Source: Amoebophrya sp. A120 (taxonomy: Eukaryota > Protista > Dinoflagellata). From it: DNA of 64,000 nt. This document shows positions 23,300-35,610 of the stretch, one piece after another. Both the position numbers and the translations under genes were made by a program. Location: positions 2,291,216 through 2,355,215 of the forward strand of contig CAJINV010000002.1 of assembly GCA_905178155.1 (NCBI GenBank). Direction: 5' to 3'. Position 1 is the first letter of the stretch. Each line of letters starts with the position of its first letter. A model generated the notes under the pieces. It was not told where the DNA came from. It made no database searches and worked only from the letters and a program-made list of their open reading frames with translations.

Positions 23300-25704
23300 T
23301 TACTTCTTCTTCGTCTGATTCTTCACTTTCTCAATCGCGGCCGCGACCGTCGCTTCATCGCCCAGAAACTGCATGGAGACCACCGGTTTCAAATCCGCGT
23401 CCAACTCGTACACGAACGGGATTCCGGTGGGGAGTATGAACTGCAAATATGTTGTCTGGGTCTGGAAACTTGTGTTGCTGATGCTCGCATCCTAGGGCAT
23501 GTTCCTGCACGGCATAACAGCATCAGAAGTTTTGCAAGGCTTGTCGTAGATTCTTTCATTCGTAAAACGCATGACGTTTCACAGCATGACAGAGAAAGAA
23601 AAACTGCCCGCCAAGGGCATTCATTCGTTCGTTCGTTGTGGATCGGCTCTGCCGACCGGGTAACCCAACGCCTTGCATACAAGTGACCGACTTAGGCGAA
23701 CCCCGTTGCGGGACATACAAATTGGCCGCACGGAAGGGCCCTAAGCGCTACATACATAGTTCACCCTAAGCGCCTACCACTTCGGTCTGGGACCTCGTCT
23801 ACCTGATCCTGGGGGTCCACAGCGCACTAGCCCTTTGCTAGCATAAACAGTTTGGGTGCTACAGAGTGATCTAGCTCTCTCCTTTTAACAGTAAGGCCAT
23901 CATAAATGTGCGCTAAAACGGGCTCGGGGCGCTCCGTACGGAAGGGAGCCTTACAGATCCCATTGTCCTTCTTACTTACTCGATTCATGCATTACAGATT
24001 CCATTGTCCTTCAAATTTCGCATCACAAATCCAGAGGACCAAAACATATTTGCAATGCATAAGGAGATTCAATTCCATGATTTCCTCATTCGACATCTTG
24101 TCCAGGTGGCACCCATATCCTGTGCAAAAGTATCGTACTCGTATAAATGCGAATCTTGCATTACGAATCTTGTTCCCAAGGCAAATCTGCATTACAAATT
24201 TCATTTCTCATGCTGAGGAAATTTGTCATGCGATTTATACTAGTACGATACTTTTGCAGTCCATAAGACAATCCCGCGGAGACTGTTTCCGTGGGCGGCG
24301 ACCAGGATGGTTTTACCTTTAAAAAAATTGTAAAGGAAAGTTGGTTTTGGCACCATCCTAGACAGCAATATTCATGTCGACTCCGCAAGACAAACTCATC
24401 TTCACAACGAGATAGAAACCGGTTTGAGTTGTGTATGCATGTTACAAAAACCATTTTCACTATACCTTCCTTCAAGGCCGGCACGATCGTGTTTTCCCAG
24501 AACGGCATGGTGCGCTTGATCGTCAATTCTAAAGACTCACACTTCGGAAACTCTTCCTCCTTCAGGTCCGCATACCGGGGGTCCTGCCGAATGGCCTCGA
24601 AGTACTCGTGTCCTTCCTCCATCGGCGGCGGTGGGGTGTCGAAGGACCGACGCCAGATCTGCACCTGGTCGGCTCCGTACTTTTCGACTGTCGCGGCCTT
24701 GTCGAGACCTGATAGATAAGTAGCTCTTAACAATTTGTCATGCGATCATGTGGGAATCATCGAGAAGACCATCTGTCATGCAAGACTCGCATGTCACAAA
24801 CAAAACAAGCAGAGAAATAGATGACCCATTGACAACATACTTATTTGTATACCGGTCAGCCCGCCATAGTGCCGCTCGTTCAACCGCCAGGTCTTTTCAA
24901 TCGGCGGGGTTTGTCCCGCTTCGGAAAGAATAATGTCTATCCTGAGTAAAAACGTCCCCACCCCAAAGTCAAGTTGCGAACTCTGCAGCACAAATCCAGC
25001 AGTTTTGGAAGCCATGCATGACAAGTTCGTCTTTGTAGTGTAGTGCAGGTTAGCCAGGACAGTCGCATGACAAGCCCATCTCCTCATATTGTTTACAGCA
25101 CTACAAATGCCAAAACACGACCGGAAATGCCTCTCATGTAGATGCGCATTGCAAATGTTCCTGTCGTTGCAAATCTGCATGACAACTCTGGGGTGGGGAC
25201 GTTTTTGCTCAGGATAATGTCCAGGGTTTTGTTTGCGCGGAGCAGGACGGAACTGTATGGATCGCAAATATGTCTGGGTCTGGCAGGGTGCCAACTTGTG
25301 ATGCTGCCTTTGAATTCTACGCAGAATTTGTGTTGCATGAACAGCAAAAGAGGTCAAGTTTTTGCTAAGCGGAGACGGCATTTCTCATGCAGTATGGGCA
25401 TCAGAAAGCCCTCAAAAGATCTGTGGTGCTAGGGCATGCATCACAGACGCCATGGCCTATGCAAAGTGAGCATGGCAAACACCTGCATTCATGCAGACCC
25501 AGACATAAAAGTATTTGCATTCCATAAACTGTACGCCTGGTCGAATTTCAAGCCGGATTCCTTGATCGCAATCCCGCCCTTCTTCGCTTCCTCGAGCCCC
25601 GCTTCGGACAAATCCGCGTCGAACCAGCCGCAGAAGAGATTTTTCAAGTTCCATTCCGATTCCCCGTGGCGGACAAAAACGATTTTGTACTTGGACTCCG
25701 GCAT
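23300..25704 (-). CDS. gpmA: 2,3-bisphosphoglycerate-dependent phosphoglycerate mutase, 254 aa, 7 exons
   Basis: [51 protein letters not shown]. Six introns totalling 1640 nt; spliced 765 nt. GT-AG introns at 24709-24852 and 24317-24465. Confidence 0.97.
23435..24061. mobile_element. Introner, family A, carrying a nested insertion
   Basis: Family A ends; flanks GGGAG/AGGAG; 627 nt versus ~265 nt typical. Confidence 0.9.
23619..23988. mobile_element. 364-nt insertion nested in the introner (retroelement-like)
   Basis: ATTCAT direct repeats at 23619-23624 and 23983-23988; (TCGT)n tract at one end; removal restores a 263-nt family A element. Confidence 0.65.
24116..24265. mobile_element. Introner, family B
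   Basis: Family B TIRs; flanks ACCCA/AGACA. Confidence 0.92.
24938..25216. mobile_element. Introner, family C
   Basis: Family C TIRs; perfect TSD ATGTC. Confidence 0.95.
25256..25526. mobile_element. Introner, family A
   Basis: Family A TIRs; perfect TSD AACTG. Confidence 0.93.
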
Positions 25705-26480
25705 TTTGTTTTTGGGTGGAAGTTTTTGTGGACGAAGTAAAGTTCGTGGCGTTCGACAAAGAAACTGAAACGTCGAGCAGGAGAAGGGCCTTCTTGTAAA
25801 GTATCCAATTGTGATGTCGTTGAAGAAAAGGTTGTTGATGCTCGGTCGTACTAGTTCTCAAAAAATCTCAAAGTCAAACTACTCTACTGGTGATCTATAA
25901 TAAACAGTTGAACTCTGAATATATGTATCGTTGCTGGTACTAGCGATAGTAAAAGTGCAGTTGAACTGAAAATAACAGGCTCCGGTGACCACCGAAATCG
26001 CGTAGTAGCAAACCGTTGCTTTGATCGTGATCGCGTCAATCTCATGAGATCTTTGGTGCTGATCGTGATTTTTTCAGTCGGAATACCACGTAGTCTCGTA
26101 TGGTTTGAACACAGCGGCAGATGAGTTCGTTTCGCCGACAAAAGCCGACCGATAGGCGACGTGACATGATTGAGATAAAACGTCTCAGCCTCTTGTCTCC
26201 GTTTGTTAATATACTGGGGTGCTAATAATTCATGGGGTTTCATTCGTTCTGGTAAATAAGATTGAAAAGCTGTTGTGGTTCGTGGTTATGTCGCTGGTGA
26301 TGAAGAATACTTCTGCTTTTTGATGGGATCATCATGACGGGTACTTACATTCACCTTCAAAAAGTTGTTGCTCATGTGTTCATCGTGGCTCAAGAAGTAC
26401 ACCGCTAGGTGGAGTCTGAGTGCTGCTATAATGACGAGCGTGCAGCTGGGAAAAGAAGAAAACTACTCACCAATTCACTT

Positions 26481-29018
26481 TCACATCGCCACTTCCGCCT
26501 GTCCCATCTTGTGCCCACCCCCGGTCGCATAAGCGTCTAACTCCTCTTCCGTCAAAAACTGCGCTACTAACTGTTATCAAATGTAAAAGTGTCTGGGTCC
26601 GGAAGAAAAAGAATGCAACTTGTGATGCTGTATTTGGATTCCAAAAAAATCTGTATTGCATGAGTACCAAAAGGAACGTAATTTTTGCTACGCGGAGAGG
26701 GAATTTGTCATGCGGAATAGGCATCAAGAAGCTCTCAAAAAATCTGTGATGCTAGGGCATGCATCACAGACATCAGGGCTCATGCAAAACGTGCATGACA
26801 AGTGTCAGAATCTCCCAGACCCAGACATTTTTGCAATCCATAACTGTCCCGGGTCGACGATGCCCAGGTCTGGTTTCAAATTTTTCGTGAACTCCGCGAA
26901 GGACGGTATCCGAAGGAAAGTTGATACCGCACACAAGCAAACGCTAACCATGCAACACAGGATTAATAAATGCTACCTCAGACAGCAATACAAATCTCAC
27001 TTTGCTTTGGGTATGTCATCAAAATTTGCCATCTGCGACGTGTGCGGCAATAAATCTGTATTGCATATCCGGGTCTAGTATCGAGCTCTTCTTCGTCGGG
27101 CCGTTTCCCTTTGAATCGGGCGAGCAGTACTGCGGCCATTTTTTCTCCATCTCTATCCCACGAAAAAACTGCTTCACTGTGATGATTCTGTACGTTTTGC
27201 ATCACAAGTTTGCTCTACATCACGGAGGAAGTTTGCCATGCGAGCTTCCTATGGGAAAGCTCGCCTACAAATGCATTATCTTGCATGTGTAGCAACACAA
27301 ACACGCTTGCGATACATTTTCTGCATCACAAGTTCATTAGTGAAACAGTTTCCTCTTGCGATAATTTCCTCACTGACTTCAATTTTCAAATCCTTCAACT
27401 CCGTCTTGATCAAATGGTCGTACCGCTGCTATGAATTGCAAAAGTATCGCACCTCTCGTAGCATTGTATGCAATACAAATTAGCTCAGCATGACAAATCC
27501 AAATGGAACTTGTCATGCGGATTCAGCTTCAGAGAGAGAGATCTGTAATGCATAAACGCAAGTACTACGAGTACGATACTTTTGCACAGGATAGCTGCAA
27601 CCGGAAGTTGATTTCGATCTGGTCCACGCACTGCGGGGTTTGACCTAAATCCAGAAATCGCATCGACGCCGAGTTCACGAGTGTTTCTAACGCTTCTTCT
27701 AGCGAATTCTGCCCCGTAGCGGAAACAGGGTACAACGATCCGTCCCCGTCTTGCTGCAATAGCCCGGAATTTTCCAAGTACGCGTATAACCGCTGGTCGT
27801 CCGTTTCATCGCTGTCCGGGTCGTTCGGGTTTTTGTTCGCGTTTGATGTCCCATCGGTTGAAATAGAAGACCCGAGGTTGTGGTTCGGACTGTAATTCGG
27901 GTTCGGCGGGTAGCCGGCAAGCGCGGGAGGTTGCTGGTTTTGATTCGCATTCGCTGCTGCAGTATTCATTCCTTGTTGTGAAGGTTTCAAAGCGCTGAGT
28001 TGCTCTGGACTGGCTGGCGGCGGTTGATCCGGATTTGAATTTTGTTGATCTGTGGATGCCTGCTGGTCATTATTCTGCTGTGTTCTCACCACCGGCGGGC
28101 CGGAACTTGTCACCCCCGCGCCCTGGGTCACTGCGTTGGCGATACCAGATGCTCCTTGTTGCGCAGCAGCAGTATTTGATGTTCCGGGATTACCTGGACC
28201 TGTCCCCACTCCCCCTACGCTGTCGGAGTGGACTAATTTGCTGCCGTCGGAGCTTGGTACCAGTTCCAGAAACTCCGCGACAGCCAGCGTGCGGCAGTCG
28301 GTATCAAATGCAAATATGTCTGGGTCTGGAAACTTGTGATGCTGGTTGCGAAAGACGAGGACGCCTCAATTGACTGGCAAGCATGACAAGTTTCGGAGGT
28401 GCTACAGTCTTGCCTTTTCTGCATGACAAAGCGACCTTCTGCACGACAGAAAAGTGGTGCCTTTGGGTAATGTGCATGACAGACTTGAGAGTCATGTCCG
28501 ACAAGCATGACAAACCTTGGATCTTTCCAGACCCAGACGTGTTTGCAGTTCATAATCGGGCTCGAGGATCAATACCCCGTTGAGGTAATGCTGTAGCTGC
28601 ATCTGCCGCTGGTTGATAAACGCCTGGTCGTTGTTGCCGAACAGTCTTTTGCCGGGAAAATGGGGAAGTTGCACCGGGTACTTCTGCTTCAGCGTCTCGT
28701 TTAGCTCATGGAAGTGGCTATACCTGGAGGAAAATTGAAGATATATGAACTTGCAGTCGGCGTCCGCGTCGGGCTTCTTTTATGCATGACAGACGGCTGC
28801 TCTGCTTTCTCTTTGAGCTGTATACATGGCGAAGTGTGATGCAAAAAGGCCAATAGTACTTACCTTTTCCCAATGTCCCACGACTGTCCGTCCGGTGACA
28901 TGACCCGCAAATGGTAAATCGTGTGCCCGGAAACGTTTGTGTTCTGGTAAATCATTGCCGTGTACGGGATCAAGGGGCTCTCCGGATCCGGAGAAAGATG
29001 CGCAGGATGGTCCGACAT
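26481..29018 (-). CDS. PX (phox homology) domain protein, ~438 aa, 7 exons
   Basis: HTIYHLRV...WDIGKRYSHFHELNETLKQKYPVQLPHFPGKRLFGNNDQAFINQRQMQLQHYLNGVL. One GT-AG intron (28724-28863) and five introners; spliced 1317 nt. Confidence 0.88.
26575..26842. mobile_element. Introner, family A
   Basis: Family A TIRs; perfect TSD ACTGT. Confidence 0.95.
26907..27067. mobile_element. Degenerate introner (non-canonical intron)
   Basis: TAT...ATA ends, flanks GACGG/TCCGG; removal (+5) restores the frame (LDP-AFAEF); TIRs largely eroded. Confidence 0.65.
27154..27363. mobile_element. Introner, family E
   Basis: TATCCCACGAAAAAACTGCTTCACT...AGTGAAACAGTTTCCTCTTGCGATA; flanks ATCTC/ATTTC. Confidence 0.85.
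27430..27593. mobile_element. Introner, family B
   Basis: Family B TIRs; perfect TSD GCTGC. Confidence 0.95.
28302..28554. mobile_element. Introner, family A (subfamily shared with 48207-48458)
   Basis: Family A TIRs; flanks GTCGG/ATCGG. Confidence 0.93.
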
Positions 29019-29399
29019 GGTTCGCCAGGGCGTCAATATAGTCGTGCTCGAAACTAAAAGACTTTCTACTTCTTTGGCAACACAAGAGGCGTTTTCAATG
29101 CCGGAAGTGCTTTATGTTCAACATTGTAGTTCACAAGGAGGTTAGTGGTGCGCCTCTTCTTGCGCCAAAAAATAATTCGCACGTTCATATATAGATCTTA
29201 TAAATATCATGTAGTTCTTGTTCATAAGAGACGGCTTGATGGCACTGTCATCAGCAAATAATGACCTGACGTTTTACTTGATGTAATCAAGTACACATCA
29301 TGGAATCAATTCATGTAGGATCAATAGGAATCTCGGTCACAAAATACTGACTCATTTGGAAAGACGATATGGAGAGACGAAACAAGAAGACGACGAAAT

Positions 29400-31130
29400 G
29401 CAAGCCACGAGAGGGCCGGCGACACCCACGCAGCAGAACACATCGGCGTAGCAAAGAGTGCCGGCAATGCGCCCATCGTGTCCATGGGCCGCTGCCTTCT
29501 CGGCCGGCGATGTCAAACAATCGAATTCATGTCCGACCCGCCTCGGGGAGACGGGGCGCGCCTCACGCACAACGCGGGGAGCCGACTGCACATGCGTCGG
29601 GGCTGCAAGCAGGAGGGGGTGGGAGGCCTGCGCGCGTCCTGCTTCTCATCTTGATTGACCAGGGCGCCGTATGGTTTCGCCCGGGCGCGCCAAGCGGGGC
29701 CGGGGCGCGCGCACAGAAGGGCGACGGAACTAGTTGCCCAAACACGCACCGGGCGCCGGCCCGGTGGCTGCCACAACCGGGGGAAGAGAGCACGGCTCCG
29801 GAGCGAGTCTGCGTGCAGGCACCCCGCGCGGCGGCATAGAGCCGGCAAACCCGCCAGGGCAACAATTCTAGCAGGCGCGCCGGCAAGGGGCGCGCGCTCC
29901 ACGCCTCGCGCGAAGCCGCCGACCGGACTCACAGCAGGGAGGGGGAACAGAGAGGGGGCCGGGGACAATCTCGCGGCGCACGCTTTTGATGCGGTGACCC
30001 GCCGGCCTCGCGCGCCCGACGCGCCTGCCGGCCCCCTTGCGGCCCCATTTTCTCCCATTTATAAATGGGCACGCTCGCACCCCACCAAAGCGGCCGCCGC
30101 CCCCGCGCTGCCAATTTCTTGCGGGCTGCAGACCGCGCCGCGCCTCCAGGGTATCCGGCGGGCTCGGCCAATGTGCGGCGGAGCAACCAACCCCAGGCCC
30201 CCCGGCGCTCTTTGTACTCCTGGCGCCCGTCGTTCATTTTCGCCAAAACCGGGAAAGCCTCAAGCAACTGCGGGGCCGCGCGCCTGGGGCGGCACACAAG
30301 ACCGGGCCGCGCGCCACCGGCAAAGCGCCTGCGCCTGCCAGGGCGCGTAGATGGCTCGCCCGGTGAGATCGGTCGCGCGCCGGTGCATGCCCATCGCGAT
30401 CCACTGCCAGACCAGCCGGGCCAGGCCGGTTGACCCTGTTGCCGTGCTTGAAAACCCCGCCTGCGAAGCCACTCGGTGCAGGCGTCTCCTCATACGAAAA
30501 GAACCTCGCACGATACGCCCCTACTACCAAGCGTCTTGATGTCTTCCAACCTGTTTTGCACCAAGTTGGCGCTGTCGTATCTTTCCTGTAATCCTGCGCA
30601 GGTGTGAGAGGTATGCGCGACGCGTTCAGCCTAATCTCGCCGCTGACATACACCGTCTTCCCGCCGTTGTGGTATTGCGGACAAGCCTTCCCCGCTTGCG
30701 GCGCGTCGGCGAAGTGGGGCATCGATCCAAAGTGGGCACGATCGCGCTCGGCGCCACTGAAGAGCTTGCTGCACCCCGGACAAGGTCACGGGCGGCGGGC
30801 GCGCGCCGAAGCCCGGCAAATGGCTGCGGGCATGCTCCGACCGCCGCCCCACCAATGGCGGCGATGGCTCGGGTCGCTGGCTCCGGAGCCTACCCGCTCC
30901 CGGTAGCTACGATGCCCCCACGACGCCCGCCCCCGCTGCAAGGGAAGGCCGGCGCCTCAGGCTGCACGCACGGCACCGCGGCAGACGGGCGCGGCGTCTC
31001 CGGCCCCCAGTACCGGCCGGCGGCTGTCGCCTTTCACGCGCGAAATCTGGCCCAGCCGACAGAATGCAGGCGGTGAAAGGTCAAGGGGGTAAAACAAGCG
31101 GCGGAGCCCTAACCAGCCTGCAGTCCATGC
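29400..31130. other. Very GC-rich intergenic island 3 (edges approximate)
   Basis: Same signature; a core of more ordinary composition at ~30450-30760. Confidence 0.8.
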
Positions 31131-31486
31131 GCAAACACAATAACGCGAGCCGCCGCACTGCAGCGCAGCTGCTGTCATCGACGTCTGCTGCAAGAGCCTG
31201 GGAACACAGTGTTCAAAACTTTCAACTGCCACCTCCTTCGTCATTTTCTCTTTCGTCTAGTATTTGATTCGTTCGACATACAACTAGTACTACGCTGCCG
31301 CTGCTGATCAATTGCGCGGCCAAAACAAATTCGCAGCTGCCCATCACGAGGCATTTACTCATTCAACGCACATTGCATGTCTATGATCGCTTCGACATTC
31401 TTGATTCAATTGCCCTGCATCCGGTTCATTTCGAATCTTGATGTTGTTCATTCTCTAATTATGCTTCTCAGCGATAACTCGTTTGC

Positions 31487-34108
31487 TCACCAAGTATGAT
31501 CTTCAAACTGTGGCACAGTTGGAAATGAAATTGGCACTTTTTTCGTAGCGACGCCATCACCGCCCGAAACCCGGCTCAACAACACCCCGGCATCTTCAAC
31601 AGCTCCATTATTTCCGCCATTCCTCCGTGCAGATCCCTTGAAACGCGGCGTAGTCATGGCTGTTTCCCGCAAAAACGTCTCAAACGGAACCGGCGGTCGG
31701 GGTGTAGGAACTACAACTTGCTCCACATCACGTCGGGAGGTTCTGCCCGACAGCACAGCATCCACATCCCGATTGCTCGCGAAGCTCGCATCGGGGGACA
31801 CGCAGCTCCGCACGTACTGTTTTGTCAGCGGAGGAACTACAAGCAGGTCTGTGTCTACTTTGGCGGCGTGACTGGTAGATGAGAATCCAGCTGCAGAACC
31901 AGACTTACCAACTGGACGCTTCCGTGCATACATGCGGTCCATGTTGAGCGGAGGGACGGAAAGGAATTGATGCTGTTGATGAAAGTGCTTGTTTGTCGTG
32001 ACAAAACTCCCGTCGTTTTGCAGTTTTTGTTCCGCGTCAGTTGTAGTAGTTCCACTTCTTCTGGTGCCCAAGTTTGCAGTCTTCGATGCAGGAGATCTGG
32101 ACCACCCTGTTGATGATCTTCGGAAGTCGCAAGAAAGGTCACTCGACGCACTACCCCCAACGGGCGTCGAGCACACGCTGGCGGTTAAAACCTGATCTAG
32201 TTGTTCTTCATCTTCCAGAGCATCGACATCGTCCTTTGCTTGACACAAATGATCCGCTTGCAGCTCCACGTCCTCCGCCCGTTCTATCTCCTCCTCCACC
32301 CCTTTGAAGCTCCGCACGCACGACAAATCGCCCTGGCTGGGGCATATCAAGTGTAAAAATGTCTGGGTCTGGAGGGTTCTGAGACTTGTCATGCACATTT
32401 TGCATGAGTCATGATGTCTGTGATGCATGCCATGGCAACACAGATTCTTTGTGGGCTTCTTCATGCCTAGTCCGCATGACAAATGCCCTCTCCCCGAAGC
32501 AAAAAATAGACTCATTGTGCTGCTCATGCAATACAGATTTCTTTGGAATCCAAATGCAGCATCACAAGTTGCATTTTTTTTCTTCCAGACGCAGACCTAG
32601 ACATTTTTACATTTGGTAGGGCACCGGAACAAGCAAGTGGTGGAAATTTCGTCCTGCGACAGATGCGCGTCCAGCTCTTCGAGGAGCACGGAGGCTTTTT
32701 CAATTTGCTCGTCCAAAATTTCGTGCAAATTTTTCTTCTCGCGGTGGTCTTGCTTCGTGTCGGACGCGGGGGTGTTGTTTGCAAGAAAAAAAGTTCCTGT
32801 GTGGTGGTTTATTCCGTTTCTGGCACTGGCAACCGTCGACGGCGTTGAAGACAGAGGATGAAGAGCAGGCAATTTTGAAGGTTTAGAGACCATTTTTCGG
32901 TGTAGTTGCTGCTCCCGCACTTCATCTACCTGCACGCAACACAAAATTTGGGTCGTGGTGTAAACTTTCTTGTTGGCGCTGGTTTCCTGTTCACCGACAG
33001 TGGTCTTTTCTTCTACCAGCCTTTCAGCTTGTCGAGTTTCACCTCCACCTCCTCCCCTCCCAGTGCAACACAACACGCCACGGGCGCCTCTGGCTTGCGA
33101 AAATTTCTTCAAAATCATCTTCCGACCGTAGGAGACCGGGGCTTTCGAAGATTTGCTCGTCCCGACGAGAGGAACAAACCTCTTCCCAAAAAAGTCGTGC
33201 CATGATTTGGGCAGGAGTTTTTGCTGCTTGGAGGTAGTTGGCGTCGGAGGGGAAGTAGCGCGTGAAGATGCTAAGGCGAAGTCTTTGTCGACGTTTTTCA
33301 TCATCTTCCCTTGATCTTCAACAACTTGCGGAGGTTCCGTTGTAGTCGTGGTCCTCTCCAGCCTTTCCACCTCCTCCACTGGGACAAGCCGTGTGAACGG
33401 TAAACGAAGGCGCGGTGATGTTCTTGTGCAACAAGAACGACTTTTGTCAACCTCATTTGCTGCAGCGTCCTGCTTCCGACACAGCGACACCGAAAAACAA
33501 CACTGTTGCGCGCCATGACAGTTTTCTTCGTTTGTTGTCCATCTGGCTCCCTCAGTTTCACCATCATCAGCCCAAACTCCTATACCACCCTTTCTGTGCG
33601 CCACAAGAAACAGCTCGATCGCCGTGTGTGGCTGCTGTGCTGTGAAAATTCTCAAATTGTACAGAACGTCGTGCAATATATCATGGTGTTCGCCCACGAC
33701 CAGGCCCGGTGAAAAATCTAGCGCCGGTTTCTCAACAACCTCGACCCGCTGAATTTCGGAAGAATTGTGCTCAACTTCGAGTTTCCATGTTTTCAACGCG
33801 TTGTACGATTCTTCCACGGCGGAATTATGCGGGCGTGACACTAAGTCGGAGGTGAAGCGCGGGCTTCTTGGGTCGACGTCAAATTCCAGCTTGAGCAGGA
33901 GAAGCGCGTCCGCCTCGCTCAGGGAATTCTTTTGCTGTGGTGAGCACGGCGGTCTTCTTGGGGAAGTTGTGGAGGTCCTCGGGCCACCCGGAGCTCCAGC
34001 AGTGGCGTGATCATTGGGCGTCTTCTGCCCTAGCGAGGCTTTATCTTTGTTCGATCCATCTTGCTGAAAAACCACGGTCCAGCAAGTTCGTTGCGAGCGT
34101 GGCAACAT
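31487..34108 (-). CDS. Hypothetical protein, ~780 aa, 2 exons (start uncertain)
   Basis: ORFs 32597-34159 and 31487-32527 join in frame (FRCP-SQGDL) on removal of the introner; first ATG at 34108. Confidence 0.75.
32345..32618. mobile_element. Introner, family A (TAT...GTA ends)
   Basis: Family A TIRs; perfect TSD GGGCA. Confidence 0.93.
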
Positions 34109-34589
34109 GTTTCGTTCATTACGGGGGATAATTTTCGGCACGTCTATGTGCAAAAGCAACTCCGGAGAGTAAGCCCCAGGGAAAAAACAAGATAAGGGCT
34201 CTTACTGTGTCACGTTGTGTGTTTTTGTAAGTCAGCAGCTATTCACTCTAGGCTCGCACGCTTCAAACAAAGAAGCCAGGAAACAAATCTGCGACCAAGT
34301 CTTGTCAACAACATATACAAACACACCATCGACACTGACGCATCGCAAGAAGCAAGTCGCGATGGACGGCTCCTGATGACGAGGATGCTGGGACGCGAAC
34401 CACAGATGATGAGCCGGCGCCGCCAAACGCGAGCGGAGAGCAGAACAAAGCTAGCAATGCTCTCCGTGGACTGGACAAGGCGCAGGGCCCACACGGTGCG
34501 CCACGAATTGACAAAAATGAAAATCACAAAGCCCCGGCCAAACCTATACGACATAGCTGCAGGCAACTGGGAGCCGCTTTTGCAGTCAG

Positions 34590-35610
34590 ACAAGGCCCGA
34601 CGGCGCGGGGCCGGCCCCCCGCCGCTACGCGCGGCGCGCCCGTCGAGGTAGGGCAGCCTGCCAGCCTACCGGGCGCGGATGGAAGACCGCGCCTTTTGGG
34701 GCGTTTTTTCGCCTTGCCTAGGGCAAAGGCGCGGGCGCACCGCCGGGGGCGCGCGGCCTTACTGCCAAGGGGGTGGGCTAACAAACACACAAAGCAGGCG
34801 GCGCGCCCGCCCGGGGCCACGCGAAAGGCCTAGGCCGCGAGCGGCCGGGTGGGGACAATGCCGGGCGGCGGCCATTTCGTCGCTGTCGGGTTCCGTCATG
34901 AATCCCCTCCCCAAATGTGTCGCAACACAGCTCCGAAGTCGCTGGCGAATTTGCTGCGCTGAGCTCGATATCTGCCGCCCCTGGCCAACGGCGCGCCCCC
35001 CCGCGGGCCACCGGGTGGCCCAGAACCCTGCCGGCCGGTGTCGTCCACAAAGACCCTCCCGAACGCCGTCGCGCCGTCTTGGGTTTCCACTGCGCGCGCG
35101 AACGGAGGGGGGAGCGGCCTAAAGTCCAGCGCGTGCGTTACTGCGGGCCCCGGCCGGCACCCCAGCCAGGGCACGGCAACACTGCGCCGCTGACTTTCGA
35201 AAGGGGCGCGGGAAGCTTCCCAACTGTGGCGGCGATAGGGCGCGGGTGATGATCAAAACCGCGAGCAGCATCCGCGCAAGATTCGGCCTGGGCGGTGGGC
35301 TGGCTTTATTTCTTCCGGCGGCACGGCCCCCGCTGGGCATCCGAGGACAGCCGGGCCCAAGAATGAGTGGCCGACGCCGAGCGGGTTCCGCGCCGCGCCG
35401 TTGCGCCGCGCCGTCACGGGCAAACACCCAGCACACCACGAGGGGGCGGCCGCAGTTCCTTCAAGGTGCGGCAGGCTTCTGGGGCCCTCGGCGCGGAACT
35501 ACGTACCCGGGCCAAGCTCATTGCCATGGAATACAAACAAAGCCACGCGGATACAAACCGACGCAGCTCCAAATCCAGAGCGAAGGCGCGCATGAATCCA
35601 AGCGCATGCA
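34590..35610. other. Very GC-rich intergenic island 4 (edges approximate)
   Basis: Same signature as islands 1-3. Confidence 0.8.

Noticed and set aside
23300-25704. gpmA, PSMA6 and TIM10 as transposon-disrupted pseudogenes
   Set aside because: The exons are intact, catalytic and structural motifs are conserved, and every removal restores a full-length frame.
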